Below are positions 1 to 9,849 of a DNA stretch of 57,807 bases, piece by piece. The DNA is taken from the IMG/VR virus record IMGVR_UViG_3300043466_004381, positions 1 to 57,807 of that record. One strand, given 5' to 3'. The position numbers and the translations under genes are program-made. Positions within the stretch are counted from its first letter, which is position 1. The number at the start of each line of letters is the position of its first letter. Below the pieces are notes generated by a model that saw nothing but the letters and a program-made list of their open reading frames with translations, searched no databases and was not told where the DNA came from. Source of the stretch: a virus (lineage: Duplodnaviria > Caudoviricetes).

Positions 1-3000
1 GGAATTTGGAGTACAAGTACTAATAGACTTAGTGTTACTTATACGCCTTTTGGAGGCTCTCCAATTTCAATTACATCGTTTATAGGAGGCGGCGGGTATA
101 ACTCTGGAAGTATCTCTTTGGAGTTTAGAAATAATACCTTCGTTACGAAGCCATTAGCAGAACAAAATATTTCAGGAGTAGCTGCAGAGTTAAAAATCGA
201 ATCAATTCAACCACAAGATCCTGGTACACCCTTCACTACAGTAGGTAGAGGTAACTTTGTTCACGGATTAACGCTACAGGGCGGTCATCCTAAGTTTACT
301 AATGGGTCAGATCACTTTCACTTAATTCAAAACGGCGCCGGTGGTGGATATCAAACAATTAACGGAGGTTATACTCACACGTCGCAGCGCATCACACAAC
401 ATACACAAGCATTTAGAGGACCTGAAGTAACAGCGCCTATTGTTGCTGCATACGGAGCATCTTTAACTGCAAACCAGATAGCACCGCCTTATACAGTCGA
501 CCCAGTAAGTGATAGCAATTACCTAGCAGTTTGGACAAGTAGCTATAATACAAGTCTAACTGTTGGTAAAATAATATATTTTTCTGTCTCCCCTACTGGT
601 ATAGATAACGAGTCCTTAAGAAAGATAGGATTTACAGCTGCATCGTTTCCCGCAAAAATTATTTCAGTAAACGATACGGGCACAGCACAATCTAATGCAG
701 ATATACCTGCAGGTCAAGCTCTACCCGCAACTGCAACGAAGCATTTTAGATTACAGCCGTTTAATCTCTCAATAGATAACTGGCTGGGAGCTACTACAAC
801 ACGCGCAAGTCTTGTACCAGCCTTTACAAACAGTGTAATAAACACAGCAGAGGTTATAAGACTACCAGGAGATCCGCTATTAGTTCCTGACTCGCAAATT
901 ATTTCTTTAAGTTCAAAAGGAGGTTATAATACCGTATCTATGCGTAATAGTTGTGAGTTAGTGTTTAATACAGCTAATACTCCCTTGTTATCAGCAAAAC
1001 TACCGTTTCTTTACGAGAGTCTTCCTGTTATTGTGTTGTTGTCTGATTCTAGAGACTTAAGTGCTATTAACTATAATGGACTAACGCCAGATAGTTTAAA
1101 AAGTCAGTATGGTATGGTACGAGGAGCAAACGGGGAAATCATACCATCAACGCGAAATTACTCACAACAATCATATGACGGGTATATATACAGATCTTCG
1201 CCAACTGAAGTTATAATACGGTTAGGCCAACAAAGAGGAACAGAAGAATCTCGACTCCAGAAATTCGCAACCCCAAACATAGAATTTTTCTTGGATAGAC
1301 CGGGAATAACGAATGGTACTTTCAGTTTAACAACACCACCTAATGGACTATCTTCTGTGGATCTAAATGGATATATAGTAAACAACATTAGTCCAGCATT
1401 CCGTAATAATAAGTTCGGTATTTGGTCAAGTAATGGTGTTAATTATACGCTGCCGCCAATTATGAAAAGCGGATTGGAATTTGCTTCATTTGCTCCTATT
1501 TCTTCTTCTGATTTACAGCTGTATGTTTATGCTGGAAACAAAGACCCTGTACATAGACCAGTAGCTGGTTTGCAGCTTTTCTCATATGAGCGTTATCCTA
1601 CCACACAGTCAGAATTAAAAGAATCCGGAGGTGTAGTTTCAAGATTTGCTCTAGGACCAAGTTGTGAAGGGTTTGATAGAGATACCGCGGTTGTAGGATT
1701 TGGATCTACAGCTTATCATTATAGAAGCATGGCTATAGGACATAGAGTTGAAACACTCTCAGCCCAAGAAATAGCTATAGGTATTGATGAGAGTGTATTA
1801 AGAGTAGGTCTAAGCAGTCTATCTATATCTCCAGCTATGTTGAGTACTAACGGTGTAGATACGTTTTTAAAGATAAAGCGAGACAATGGACCTATGTATG
1901 GTCTTAAATTGCGTTCTCTTAGCGCGGCTTGGGAAGAGTCAGCAGAGATTTTACCAACAGTAACCAACTATCTTTCTACAAATAATGTAATATTAAGCTC
2001 AGCTACTATATTAGATACACTCTCTGCTAGAGCTTATGTAAATAACCCAACAGGTAAGACGATATATGTCGATGCTGCTACAGGTACAGATACACGAACT
2101 GGTCTTAGTAAATATGATCAATTCAAACCATATCGCACACTTAGTGCTGCTATAGCTGATTCTTCTGTAGCAACTGGTGATCTAGTTTATGTAAGAGCAG
2201 GAACATATGCAATTAATTCTCAGATTAATTTAAACCTTAAAGGTAATTTATATTTTGAAAATGGAACAGTTGTTAATATAGCATCAGAAATTGTAGCATT
2301 TTCATATAGTCAAAATTCTGTTCCGATTACTATTAGAGGATATGCAGATTTCATATTGGCTGCAGGTGCAACAGGTGTATTAACAATGCCTAGTGGTAAT
2401 GATACAACGGTTGTTAATTTTGAATGTAGCTCTATTGTTAATCTAACAAATAATTCTACTGGCTCGCTCTTTAATTGTGCAGTTGGTGTGTTGGGTATTG
2501 ATTCAAGATTAATACAAGCAGTAGCAGCTACTGTGTTTAACATTACAGGTACTGGAAAGGTTACATCAAGAATTCCATATGTGTATTGTGGAGTATTTTT
2601 AAATGGTGCTGGTGTTTATGGAGCGCAAATTAATGCTGATATTTGGACATTAATAACATATAATACAACAGCGGGTATAGCTATATCTTCTATTACAACA
2701 AATTTTAGAATGGTGAATTACAATCACTATGGCGTTGGTATTGCATATAATTGGACAGAAAATACAACAACAGAAGCTCATGGTTTCCAAGGAATTACTT
2801 GGAATAGTAATGGTCAACCTAATATAACATTTAACTCTTCTGCTGGTTCAACAACTTCAAAACTTATTAGATTAGACCAAACAAATATAATGCGATACGC
2901 AACGACAAACAGTTTAAGCTCTAATGTGCCTATAAATGTAGCTACATATGGTACATTTGCATCAGTGTCAGCAACTCCAAATATTACATTTAAAGTGGGA

Positions 3001-3036
3001 TCATTTACCGTAGACGCAGACGTAAACGCTTATTAA
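1..3036 (+). CDS. Tail fibre/tail spike protein with C-terminal parallel beta-helix (5'-truncated)
   Basis: The frame is open from base 1 (GIWSTSTNRL...), so the true start is upstream of the window. S/T/G/N-rich. The C-terminal part begins TIYVDAATGTD...PYRTLSAAIA...GDLVYVRAGTY, typical of pectin-lyase-like beta-helix caps. Confidence 0.7.
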   Translation, partial: GIWSTSTNRLSVTYTPFGGSPISITSFIGGGGYNSGSISLEFRNNTFVTKPLAEQNISGVAAELKIESIQPQDPGTPFTTVGRGNFVHGLTLQGGHPKFTNGSDHFHLIQNGAGGGYQTINGGYTHTSQRITQHTQAFRGPEVTAPIVAAYGASLTANQIAPPYTVDPVSDSNYLAVWTSSYNTSLTVGKIIYFSVSPTGIDNESLRKIGFTAASFPAKIISVNDTGTAQSNADIPAGQALPATATKHFRLQPFNLSIDNWLGATTTRASLVPAFTNSVINTAEVIRLPGDPLLVPDSQIISLSSKGGYNTVSMRNSCELVFNTANTPLLSAKLPFLYESLPVIVLLSDSRDLSAINYNGLTPDSLKSQYGMVRGANGEIIPSTRNYSQQSYDGYIYRSSPTEVIIRLGQQRGTEESRLQKFATPNIEFFLDRPGITNGTFSLTTPPNGLSSVDLNGYIVNNISPAFRNNKFGIWSSNGVNYTLPPIMKSGLEFASFAPISSSDLQLYVYAGNKDPVHRPVAGLQLFSYERYPTTQSELKESGGVVSRFALGPSCEGFDRDTAVVGFGSTAYHYRSMAIGHRVETLSAQEIAIGIDESVLRVGLSSLSISPAMLSTNGVDTFLKIKRDNGPMYGLKLRSLSAAWEESAEILPTVTNYLSTNNVILSSATILDTLSARAYVNNPTGKTIYVDAATGTDTRTGLSKYDQFKPYRTLSAAIADSSVATGDLVYVRAGTYAINSQINLNLKGNLYFENGTVVNIASEIVAFSYSQNSVPITIRGYADFILAAGATGVLTMPSGNDTTVVNFECSSIVNLTNNSTGSLFNCAVGVLGIDSRLIQAVAATVFNITGTGKVTSRIPYVYCGVFLNGAGVYGAQINADIWTLITYNTTAGIAISSITTNFRMVNYNHYGVGIAYNWTENTTTEAHGFQGITWNSNGQPNITFNSSAGSTTSKLIRLDQTNIMRYATTNSLSSNVPINVATYGTFASVSATPNITFKVGSFTVDADVNAY

Positions 3037-3051
3037 TTAAATCTATTTAAT

Positions 3052-3294
3052 TTAAATGTTACCGAGTATGCTTTCTACTTTGAGATCATGCTTCATACTA
3101 TGAAATCTCTCTTCAATATAGTTTTGTATTGCTAAGGGTTTAATCCAGCAATCATTTTCACGCCCTATATTGTTTGTTTTACACGCTTTAGAAATGTAGT
3201 CTATACCTTCTATCAAACACGCCCATCTCACAAACTCATCAAATTCCATAACCTTCTTACTGCCATTTTTTAGCGCAAATTCAAATGTCTTCAT
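3052..3294 (-). CDS. Hypothetical protein
   Basis: 80-aa ORF tightly packed in a minus-strand operon. Confidence 0.6.
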   Translation of the reverse strand: MKTFEFALKNGSKKVMEFDEFVRWACLIEGIDYISKACKTNNIGRENDCWIKPLAIQNYIEERFHSMKHDLKVESILGNI

Positions 3295-3301
3295 AATCGT
3301 A

Positions 3302-3709
3302 TTATACGGTAGTTCCTTTTAATTTATCAAACATACTTTCGATATTCACAGGCTCTGTAATTAGCTGTGTTTTAATTTCTGTTACAACGCGAAAGGTATT
3401 TTTACACGCTTCACATTGTATTGTGATGTCTTCTTTTGGTGAAAAAACAATATTTTCCGTGTATTTTCCGCATGGGCAAGGTACGTTTATCTGTTGAGAT
3501 TCTATCAAGCTATCAAAATTTTGTGTTAATTCTGTGATTGCTGCAGAATTATTATTTAACGTAAAATTTTTCCATAAAAAAGAAACTAAAAATTGTAAAA
3601 TAAAAGACAAAGTAAATATTTCCCAGAATCCTAAAAGCTCTCTGAGTGAAAAAGCTAATCCTAAACTAATGCAGCTTGTTACTAAAACAGATTTAATAAT
3701 ATTAACCAT
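3302..3709 (-). CDS. Membrane protein with C-terminal Zn ribbon
   Basis: Two N-terminal hydrophobic helices, then CPCG...CEAC. Confidence 0.65.
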   Translation of the reverse strand: MVNIIKSVLVTSCISLGLAFSLRELLGFWEIFTLSFILQFLVSFLWKNFTLNNNSAAITELTQNFDSLIESQQINVPCPCGKYTENIVFSPKEDITIQCEACKNTFRVVTEIKTQLITEPVNIESMFDKLKGTTV

Positions 3710-4034
3710 TTAACGACATTATAGCGAGGTTACCTTCTAAATCAAGTATTTTAGTAGTAATTTCATCTACCTTTACTTGCAATTCTTCTAATTCTTGTTG
3801 TTTTACTACAGGATTGTTTTTAGCAAGACTTATTTTATTACGAACTTGTGATAGAGTTACAAAAATATTTGCTAGCAAGGGCTTTAATTCTTCGAGCGGG
3901 TCAGGTAAAACAGGCGGCGCTTTAGCATTTTTTTCGTCTTGCTTAATAGTTTTAAGCTGGCTACCAAGCGAGCTTTGCTGTAAAACAGGGTCTTGCGCTG
4001 TACCTATTTGATGTGGATTTGTTGTATTAAACAC
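3702..4034 (-). CDS. Hypothetical late protein (coiled coil)
   Basis: GTG start 5 nt after a CATAAATA late-promoter motif. Confidence 0.6.
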   Translation of the reverse strand: MFNTTNPHQIGTAQDPVLQQSSLGSQLKTIKQDEKNAKAPPVLPDPLEELKPLLANIFVTLSQVRNKISLAKNNPVVKQQELEELQVKVDEITTKILDLEGNLAIMSLNG

Positions 4035-4039
4035 ATAAT

Positions 4040-4061
4040 TATTTATGCATGAGAATAAATA
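4040..4061. promoter_or_regulatory. Back-to-back T4-type late promoters
   Basis: CATAAATA (minus, 4040-4047) and AATAAATA (plus, 4054-4061), each 5 nt from a start codon. Confidence 0.7.
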
Positions 4062-4066
4062 ATTGT

Positions 4067-4501
4067 ATGAGTAAATTTCAAAATAAATTTTTTGCAGTTT
4101 TAGCGGAACAAGATAGCAATTTAGACCGTGCAGCTATGGAAGATAGCTTAGATGCAGAAACAAATGCATCGGATTTCGATGTAGATATGGAACCTTCGCC
4201 AGAAAATAACGACCTTGCAGCACAAGCTGCAAAGATAAAATCAGCGCAAGCACAATCCATGCAAGCAGAACTACAAACATGGGTAGATCGTTGCGATGAA
4301 TTTTTAACGTTTTTGAACGGTACAACAGGTGAATCGATACAAACAAAATTAGCTAATTCGGAGCCTGATACAATTTTTGATAGAATGAAGCAATCTGAAC
4401 AACGCAAGATTGCTCGTGTTGCGACAGAGTTGGCATCGTTAACAGAATCATTTAGAGGATATATTGCACAGACTGAAAATCCTACGTTTAAGTATGTCTA
4501 G
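4067..4501 (+). CDS. Acidic late protein, candidate internal head/prohead core protein
   Basis: Start reassigned to ATG 4067 (MSKFQNKFFAVLAEQ) after the late promoter. The N-terminus resembles a capsid-targeting sequence ending in L-A-E. Confidence 0.6.
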   Translation: MSKFQNKFFAVLAEQDSNLDRAAMEDSLDAETNASDFDVDMEPSPENNDLAAQAAKIKSAQAQSMQAELQTWVDRCDEFLTFLNGTTGESIQTKLANSEPDTIFDRMKQSEQRKIARVATELASLTESFRGYIAQTENPTFKYV

Positions 4502-5528
4502 TTTTTTTAATTTCTGCTAATTTAATTATACCTGTGAGACCTTCACAGGTATTTTTTTGTATGAAGCTTTCTGATATTTCATTAATATTACAATACATAG
4601 CAATATCATTAAAGTCTTTGAATCGTTTACCGTATTTCTCCGGCCATAAAAATACCTTTTCACCTTGATGTAATAGCATCTCTGTCTTTTTAAGTGAAGC
4701 GGTATCACACCACTGAGAGTCTAAAACCCATATTTTTTTATGGAAGCGTATTACTGTATTAAGCTGCTCTTGCTGTCTATGTGTGAAAGTTTGTTTTCCT
4801 TCGGTAATTCCTGCGACAGCTATGCTATTTTTTGTAAAAAAGGCATTTAGAGGACCTTCAAAGATATATACATTTTCGTTTAAAGGGTTTATTTTATTAA
4901 TATTAAAAAGTGTCTTTTCAGCGTTTATTTTGGATAGATATTTTGGCTTTTTTTTATCTGTCTGTAAAATAGTACGTGTTTGATAAAATTCAATAATTTC
5001 GCGCTCGTTTATAAACGGTATAACCAGTCTATTCTTATGTACTTTATCGCAGAGTGATAGGTATAGATTATCAGGTCGATTTATAGCTGTATCGAGCTTG
5101 CGATGTTTTATAAGTTGTATGCATTCGCTTAGTATGTTGCTTTCTTTAAAGTATTCAAGCTGCGCTGTATCAAAGATATTAATACAGTTTTCAGGTAGGG
5201 TATCAACTGCACGCTTTTCATGTAATGTTATAGGATGTTCTTCTATAGCGAGACTTGAGTTGTTTTGTTTAATGTCTTCGATTAATTCTAAGGTAGACAT
5301 TCCTGAAACCTCGCAAATCCATTTCGCGGGCTTACTTGACCATCCGCAATTATGACAAAAAATATTATCCTTATCAGGTATAAAATAACATCTCTTTTTT
5401 TTCCCTAGAGATGCACCTTCTTTACATATTGGACAACTGCATTGATATGTATTATTAAATTTATTATGCTTCGGGTAATATCCAAGCTCATAAAATTTTG
5501 AAATAACATAATCAGCGGGTAAAAACAT
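4488..5528 (-). CDS. gp61: DNA primase (T4 gp61-like)
   Basis: Zn finger CPIC...CHNC, RLVIPF, KYLS, Toprim FEGPLNA, and KDFND motif. Confidence 0.9.
   Translation of the reverse strand: MFLPADYVISKFYELGYYPKHNKFNNTYQCSCPICKEGASLGKKKRCYFIPDKDNIFCHNCGWSSKPAKWICEVSGMSTLELIEDIKQNNSSLAIEEHPITLHEKRAVDTLPENCINIFDTAQLEYFKESNILSECIQLIKHRKLDTAINRPDNLYLSLCDKVHKNRLVIPFINEREIIEFYQTRTILQTDKKKPKYLSKINAEKTLFNINKINPLNENVYIFEGPLNAFFTKNSIAVAGITEGKQTFTHRQQEQLNTVIRFHKKIWVLDSQWCDTASLKKTEMLLHQGEKVFLWPEKYGKRFKDFNDIAMYCNINEISESFIQKNTCEGLTGIIKLAEIKKTRHT
4528..4558 (+). terminator. Intrinsic terminator embedded antisense in the primase 3' end
   Basis: atacctgtga-gacct-tcacaggtat stem-loop running into T7, about 27 nt after the 4501 stop. 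Confidence 0.65.
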
Positions 5529-5544
5529 TCAATTGCGATTTGTA

Positions 5545-5847
5545 TTAATCTTGTTTAATAATGGAGGTTTTATTATAAAGAAATTGTTTCTCGGCTACCT
5601 TATAAACAGATTTTGGAGCTCGCTCTACAAATTCTATTATATTAAAGTTCCATGCAAATTCAAACTTTTCTTTCGGGACTTCTCTATTAATTAGTTTAGG
5701 TATTGACAAAAAGTGATAGGTGTTGTTTGTTTCTTCTATATAAATAAACATTTCACCTACATAGTCACCTGTTGTAACAGCATAAATGTTGCGCTTATTT
5801 GGATGCACTTTTTCCTTTTTAAAAAGTCTCTTCATAATAATCACCAC
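5545..5847 (-). CDS. Hypothetical protein
   Basis: ORF in operon; the start may be the second Met (MKRLFKK). Confidence 0.55.
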   Translation of the reverse strand: MVIIMKRLFKKEKVHPNKRNIYAVTTGDYVGEMFIYIEETNNTYHFLSIPKLINREVPKEKFEFAWNFNIIEFVERAPKSVYKVAEKQFLYNKTSIIKQD

Positions 5848-6136
5848 CTCCAGGTCTTAATTCTTTTGAAAATACTCTCATCAACAGAGACATTAACGCC
5901 TCATTTTTTTCAACAGTCGGAGAGACTTTTACAACACATGGATTTCCTTCGAAATCATAACCTAATATTAAAAAGCTACTTAAAAACTCTTCTATTGTGC
6001 CTATAAGAGCGGTATTTATGTTTTTTTTATTTCGCTTACGCTTCTGCGTTTCTATTTGTAATGATAGCGCGTCTCGTATTAAATCTTTTAACTTTTCATC
6101 TTCTGAAAAATCATCAGATGTAGAGTCTGGTTCCAT
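5819..6136 (-). CDS. Hypothetical protein
   Basis: ATG 5 nt after GATAAATA (6142-6149, minus). Confidence 0.6.
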   Translation of the reverse strand: MEPDSTSDDFSEDEKLKDLIRDALSLQIETQKRKRNKKNINTALIGTIEEFLSSFLILGYDFEGNPCVVKVSPTVEKNEALMSLLMRVFSKELRPGGGDYYEETF

Positions 6137-6140
6137 ATTA

Positions 6141-6467
6141 TTATTTATCTGTATCTAATCGTTGCTTAACGCCTGCTTCGATAAGTTTAGAAACCACTAC
6201 CTCTATAGAATTTGTCTTGAGAGAAAAGTTTTTAGGAAACAGATTACCACCGTCATTAAATTCAAACATTACATCGCCTTTAAAGGATATATTTTCATAG
6301 CATGTAATAAACACAGATGTCACACCCGGGTCTACTAATATGGTCCATCTACGCGAGTCAGCTTCTGAATAGTTTTTAAATATTTTAAAAGTAGTAAACT
6401 TACTATCTTTAAGTCTCTTTAAAAAGTACCCTGGTGTAGAAATTTTATTTTTAATATGTCTGTTCAT
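6141..6467 (-). CDS. Hypothetical protein
   Basis: 108-aa ORF overlapping the upstream gene's stop codon. Confidence 0.6.
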   Translation of the reverse strand: MNRHIKNKISTPGYFLKRLKDSKFTTFKIFKNYSEADSRRWTILVDPGVTSVFITCYENISFKGDVMFEFNDGGNLFPKNFSLKTNSIEVVVSKLIEAGVKQRLDTDK

Positions 6468-7189
6468 TGTGTAAGAGAGGTAAGTATATAAGATAGCTTT
6501 GTATTGTTTTGCTTCATGGTAAAAATAAGAACACCGTATTGTGTGTTAATATTTACATCTATATTATCATCTAGCAACGTCATTAATCGTATATTATCAA
6601 AATTTACCGGTATAGGTTGTAAGTGAAAGTCGACATCACATAAAGCTATAGAGTAGCAGTCTGTATTATGTCTCGCTTTATCGGTCAATTCGCCTATAAG
6701 CTTTCCATTATCTGTATATAAATACAGCTTGTTTGTTTCGGTAATAAAGGAACTACCTTTAATTATTGTTTGTAAAGATTGTTTGGTAAGCTTGAATGAA
6801 ATATCATGTGTAAAGTTTTTTATTTTCTCTACACTAAGAGCGGGCTTAGTTATAAAGCCTTCTTCAAATAAATGATATTTAAACTTTATACTTGCTCCGC
6901 GATACTCAATACTATTATTATTGAGTATTAATTCAACATCTTCTGTATTTACTGTATCTAGTACACGTACTAGCTTTTTACTATCAGGTATATTCAGACT
7001 TATATTATAGTTTGAACTACAAGCATACTCACCATGAGCAATTAATGTATTGTCAGGCGAAGCGGTAATAATAGATAGTTTACTATCTTCCAGCTCTCCG
7101 ATAAAGGAGTCGTTTATTTTTGAAAAAGAATCTAAATATTTTGTAAATTCACTCCGACCCTGTATATTTAATTTTCTTTGGCTTGACAT
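6464..7189 (-). CDS. gp45: DNA polymerase sliding clamp (T4 gp45-like)
   Basis: 241 aa; FSKINDS at the N-terminus, KFKYHL, C-terminal LSYIL; located in the replication block. Confidence 0.75.
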   Translation of the reverse strand: MSSQRKLNIQGRSEFTKYLDSFSKINDSFIGELEDSKLSIITASPDNTLIAHGEYACSSNYNISLNIPDSKKLVRVLDTVNTEDVELILNNNSIEYRGASIKFKYHLFEEGFITKPALSVEKIKNFTHDISFKLTKQSLQTIIKGSSFITETNKLYLYTDNGKLIGELTDKARHNTDCYSIALCDVDFHLQPIPVNFDNIRLMTLLDDNIDVNINTQYGVLIFTMKQNNTKLSYILTSLTQ

Positions 7190-7562
7190 TTGTTGCTTTT
7201 TCTAGTATATTACCAATACGACTAAGATTCAAGTTTATTTCTGATAAAGCTGTAATTATTTGTTTTTCATTTTGTGATAGTTGCATCGGTGGCTTGTCGA
7301 GGCCTGGTAGCTTTATTTCTTCAACTTGGCTGTGAGGTATAGCAGGTTGTATAACCTCTATTGATTGTACAGGTGTGAAGGTATCACGGGGTATACTTTC
7401 CTGTATTGGTGCGCGTAGTATCTCTTCAAATTTATCACGTATACTACCACTTGTTGGTTTTAAAAATTGAGATTGACCAACAATATCTTGATCTAGTTTA
7501 TGAGACAAGCCATAAGTTTGTCCCATAAACTGAAGGATAGTTTTTTGTTCTTCTGGTGACAT
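7149..7562 (-). CDS. Hypothetical protein
   Basis: 137-aa ORF between gp32 and gp45. Confidence 0.6.
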   Translation of the reverse strand: MSPEEQKTILQFMGQTYGLSHKLDQDIVGQSQFLKPTSGSIRDKFEEILRAPIQESIPRDTFTPVQSIEVIQPAIPHSQVEEIKLPGLDKPPMQLSQNEKQIITALSEINLNLSRIGNILEKATNVKPKKIKYTGSE

Positions 7563-7563
7563 G

Positions 7564-8406
7564 TTATAGATCTTTTAACAGCTCTTCGATATCATCTTCA
7601 ACAGTATTTTCGACAACCTGCGATGCAATAGGTGTAGAATAGTTTACAGCAGGGGTGGATTGTGGTTTACTTACTGCTTCAACTTTTTCTGTAATTGGTG
7701 TTGCGTAAATATGCTCATCAATCATTTCTTTTAATTCGTCATAAGATTTAATAGTGAATACTTCTTCGAGATTGTATACGCTGTTGTAGATTTTATCTTG
7801 CTGCTCTTGCGAAAGACTAAGCTTACCCGATGAGGTAAATCTCGATGATACGTAGGTCGGATAGTCACCTTGCTGTTCTACTTTTACTTTAAAATTGACA
7901 CCTTCCGATCCTAGATCGAATATACGCGCGCCAAACTCTTCTGCATCTTCCCCTTCAATAGCTTCCATAATAATTTTTTGTAGCTGCTTACCATAACGTA
8001 ACATTTTTACTGTGCCATTATTTTCAGGATTGGAAGGGTCTTCAACCACATAAACATTAACGAGCCATTTTTCAGATCGTCTTACAGCTTGCATTTTTTC
8101 TTTTTCTTCTTCAGTGCCCGTGCGTAAGATCTTAAAGCGCTCTTCTGAAATCGGATCTCGTTCGTTAAACGTTTGAGGAGATACTGCCTGTACATACTGC
8201 CCTGTTGAAAATGAGGTCCAGCCATGTACAAAATAATGAAAAAATGTTTTAGATGGGTCTTTAGCAAAAGGCAGCAACCTCACAGTGTAAGTATGACCAG
8301 CAGGTGTCTTGAGAATTTCATTAAAAAGACCGCCGGTATTTTTTTCTTCGCTCTTTGTAAGAGCTGCTTTAATTGATTGAAACATGTTTGTATTAAATGT
8401 ACTCAT
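7564..8406 (-). CDS. gp32: Single-stranded DNA-binding protein (T4 gp32-like)
   Basis: VRLLP...HGW, VNVYVVEDPSNPENNGTVK..RYGK, IFD..GVNFKVK..YPTY.SSRF, acidic C-terminal tail. Confidence 0.9.
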   Translation of the reverse strand: MSTFNTNMFQSIKAALTKSEEKNTGGLFNEILKTPAGHTYTVRLLPFAKDPSKTFFHYFVHGWTSFSTGQYVQAVSPQTFNERDPISEERFKILRTGTEEEKEKMQAVRRSEKWLVNVYVVEDPSNPENNGTVKMLRYGKQLQKIIMEAIEGEDAEEFGARIFDLGSEGVNFKVKVEQQGDYPTYVSSRFTSSGKLSLSQEQQDKIYNSVYNLEEVFTIKSYDELKEMIDEHIYATPITEKVEAVSKPQSTPAVNYSTPIASQVVENTVEDDIEELLKDL

Positions 8407-8429
8407 ATTTTTTTGGTTGATTATATATA

Positions 8430-9092
8430 TTATTGTAATGATGCTTCTGTGAAAATCAATAATTTTTTATCTATTATTTTTAGTGCTGCTCTAATAGTGT
8501 TTTTAAGTTTTTTAGAGCGAATAAATTTAGATCTTGTCGTGTTGTATGTCTCGTTAAAATTATCAAACATGAAATTATAAAGATCTATATCATTCAGCGT
8601 AAGTATGTTATTAATTTCAAGACCGTGAAGGGTATAAAAATTTATTTTATGTTCTTTAATATGCTGCAGTACCAAAGGTATGTTTGTTGCTTTCTGCTGT
8701 TTATACTCTCCAAGCGTTATACCTGCTTGCTTACAGAAATAATATATAAAAGCGCAGCTTTCTTTACATTTTAAAATAGTATTATCACTATCTGGATCAT
8801 CAAGCTCACGATTTTTAATATATTCTACGTAGCACTTAATCGAGCGACGGGTTATATAAAACTGTAGATCGAAATAATCTTCTTTGTTATATATAGAATA
8901 TGGCGCAATAAAGAAATCATTGTAATTGATGTTTCTATGAGACTTAAAGAAAAGATCTAACTTTTTTAAGATAAGTAGGGTAGTGTTATCTAGATCAGAA
9001 AATTTTGTACGGGGTGTAAAGGGCTTGTTTTTAACAGTGCGGGTTGCGTGTAGAAAAGAATTGTATATATTCTTTTGTGTATCGCTTATCAT
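8430..9092 (-). CDS. Hypothetical protein, possibly gp59-like helicase loader
   Basis: Size (220 aa), basic helical composition and position immediately upstream of gp32, as in T4; no firm motif. Confidence 0.4.
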   Translation of the reverse strand: MISDTQKNIYNSFLHATRTVKNKPFTPRTKFSDLDNTTLLILKKLDLFFKSHRNINYNDFFIAPYSIYNKEDYFDLQFYITRRSIKCYVEYIKNRELDDPDSDNTILKCKESCAFIYYFCKQAGITLGEYKQQKATNIPLVLQHIKEHKINFYTLHGLEINNILTLNDIDLYNFMFDNFNETYNTTRSKFIRSKKLKNTIRAALKIIDKKLLIFTEASLQ

Positions 9093-9385
9093 AGATTTAA
9101 TTTTGGATTTTCGTTTAAGAACTTGGTAACGTATTTACTCGTTGTAATAAGTGGATCGTATTCTACGAATAGTTTAACTACCTCATAAGTAGTATCAATA
9201 CTTAAAATTTCTTTTATTATATCTCTTAATTTAGCATCTTGCAATATTAAAAGAAAAACGTTTTGAAAGCTAAGCTTTTTACCTTTTAGCAGAGTACAAA
9301 ATGTACAAAACGATAGTAATAAGTGTTCAGTTTCAGCTTTAATAATATTTTCAGAAGGTAATTCTGCTATTTCTAATTTTAACAT
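9089..9385 (-). CDS. Hypothetical protein
   Basis: 98-aa ORF overlapping both neighbours. Confidence 0.55.
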   Translation of the reverse strand: MLKLEIAELPSENIIKAETEHLLLSFCTFCTLLKGKKLSFQNVFLLILQDAKLRDIIKEILSIDTTYEVVKLFVEYDPLITTSKYVTKFLNENPKLNL

Positions 9386-9819
9386 GGTGATAGTGTTTTT
9401 GTAAAGTTTAGAAAGGTTTTTGTTATTATACCTTTAGCAAAATTATTAGACATATCATCACATTCTCCACCGCAGATTATTTTAGCAAGATTGCATAAAT
9501 TTAAACTACATGTTTTTTCATTTCTCTTAAGAATAATTTTTTTCTGCGAAGGTATAACAATTATAGCGATTGCTGCAGCTAGCTTATTAACCATATGATC
9601 GAAAAAATCTTCATAGAAATCATCTGCAAGACAGCTAACAACTTTTTGCTCCTTTACTTTACCTTTAAAAAAGGTTGTATTAGCAAGCGTATCTTTATAT
9701 ACCTGTAAATATAATTTTATATCGACGAGGTCCTGAGTGGTGAAAGCTCTTTCACCACTCTTAAAGGCGTCTACTTTAGATTTTAAATTATAATTTTTAT
9801 ATGATATTAAATCTTTCAC
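9379..9819 (-). CDS. Degenerate DHHA1-like domain protein
   Basis: IILKRNEKTCSLNLCNLAKIICGGECD resembles the DHHA1 C-terminus (S.R...D...LA....GGGH), with GGGH lost; no DHH domain. Confidence 0.4.
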   Translation of the reverse strand: MKDLISYKNYNLKSKVDAFKSGERAFTTQDLVDIKLYLQVYKDTLANTTFFKGKVKEQKVVSCLADDFYEDFFDHMVNKLAAAIAIIVIPSQKKIILKRNEKTCSLNLCNLAKIICGGECDDMSNNFAKGIITKTFLNFTKTLSPC

Positions 9820-9843
9820 TCCTTTTATTTATAAATAAAAGGA
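9820..9843. promoter_or_regulatory. Perfect 24-bp palindrome carrying TATAAATA on both strands
   Basis: tccttttatttataaataaaagga is its own reverse complement; the minus-strand motif ends 6 nt before GTG 9819. Confidence 0.7.
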
Positions 9844-9849
9844 ACCTTT

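Noticed and set aside
118-120. TTG at 118 as start of the fibre gene
   Set aside because: The frame is open back to base 1, so the gene starts outside the window.
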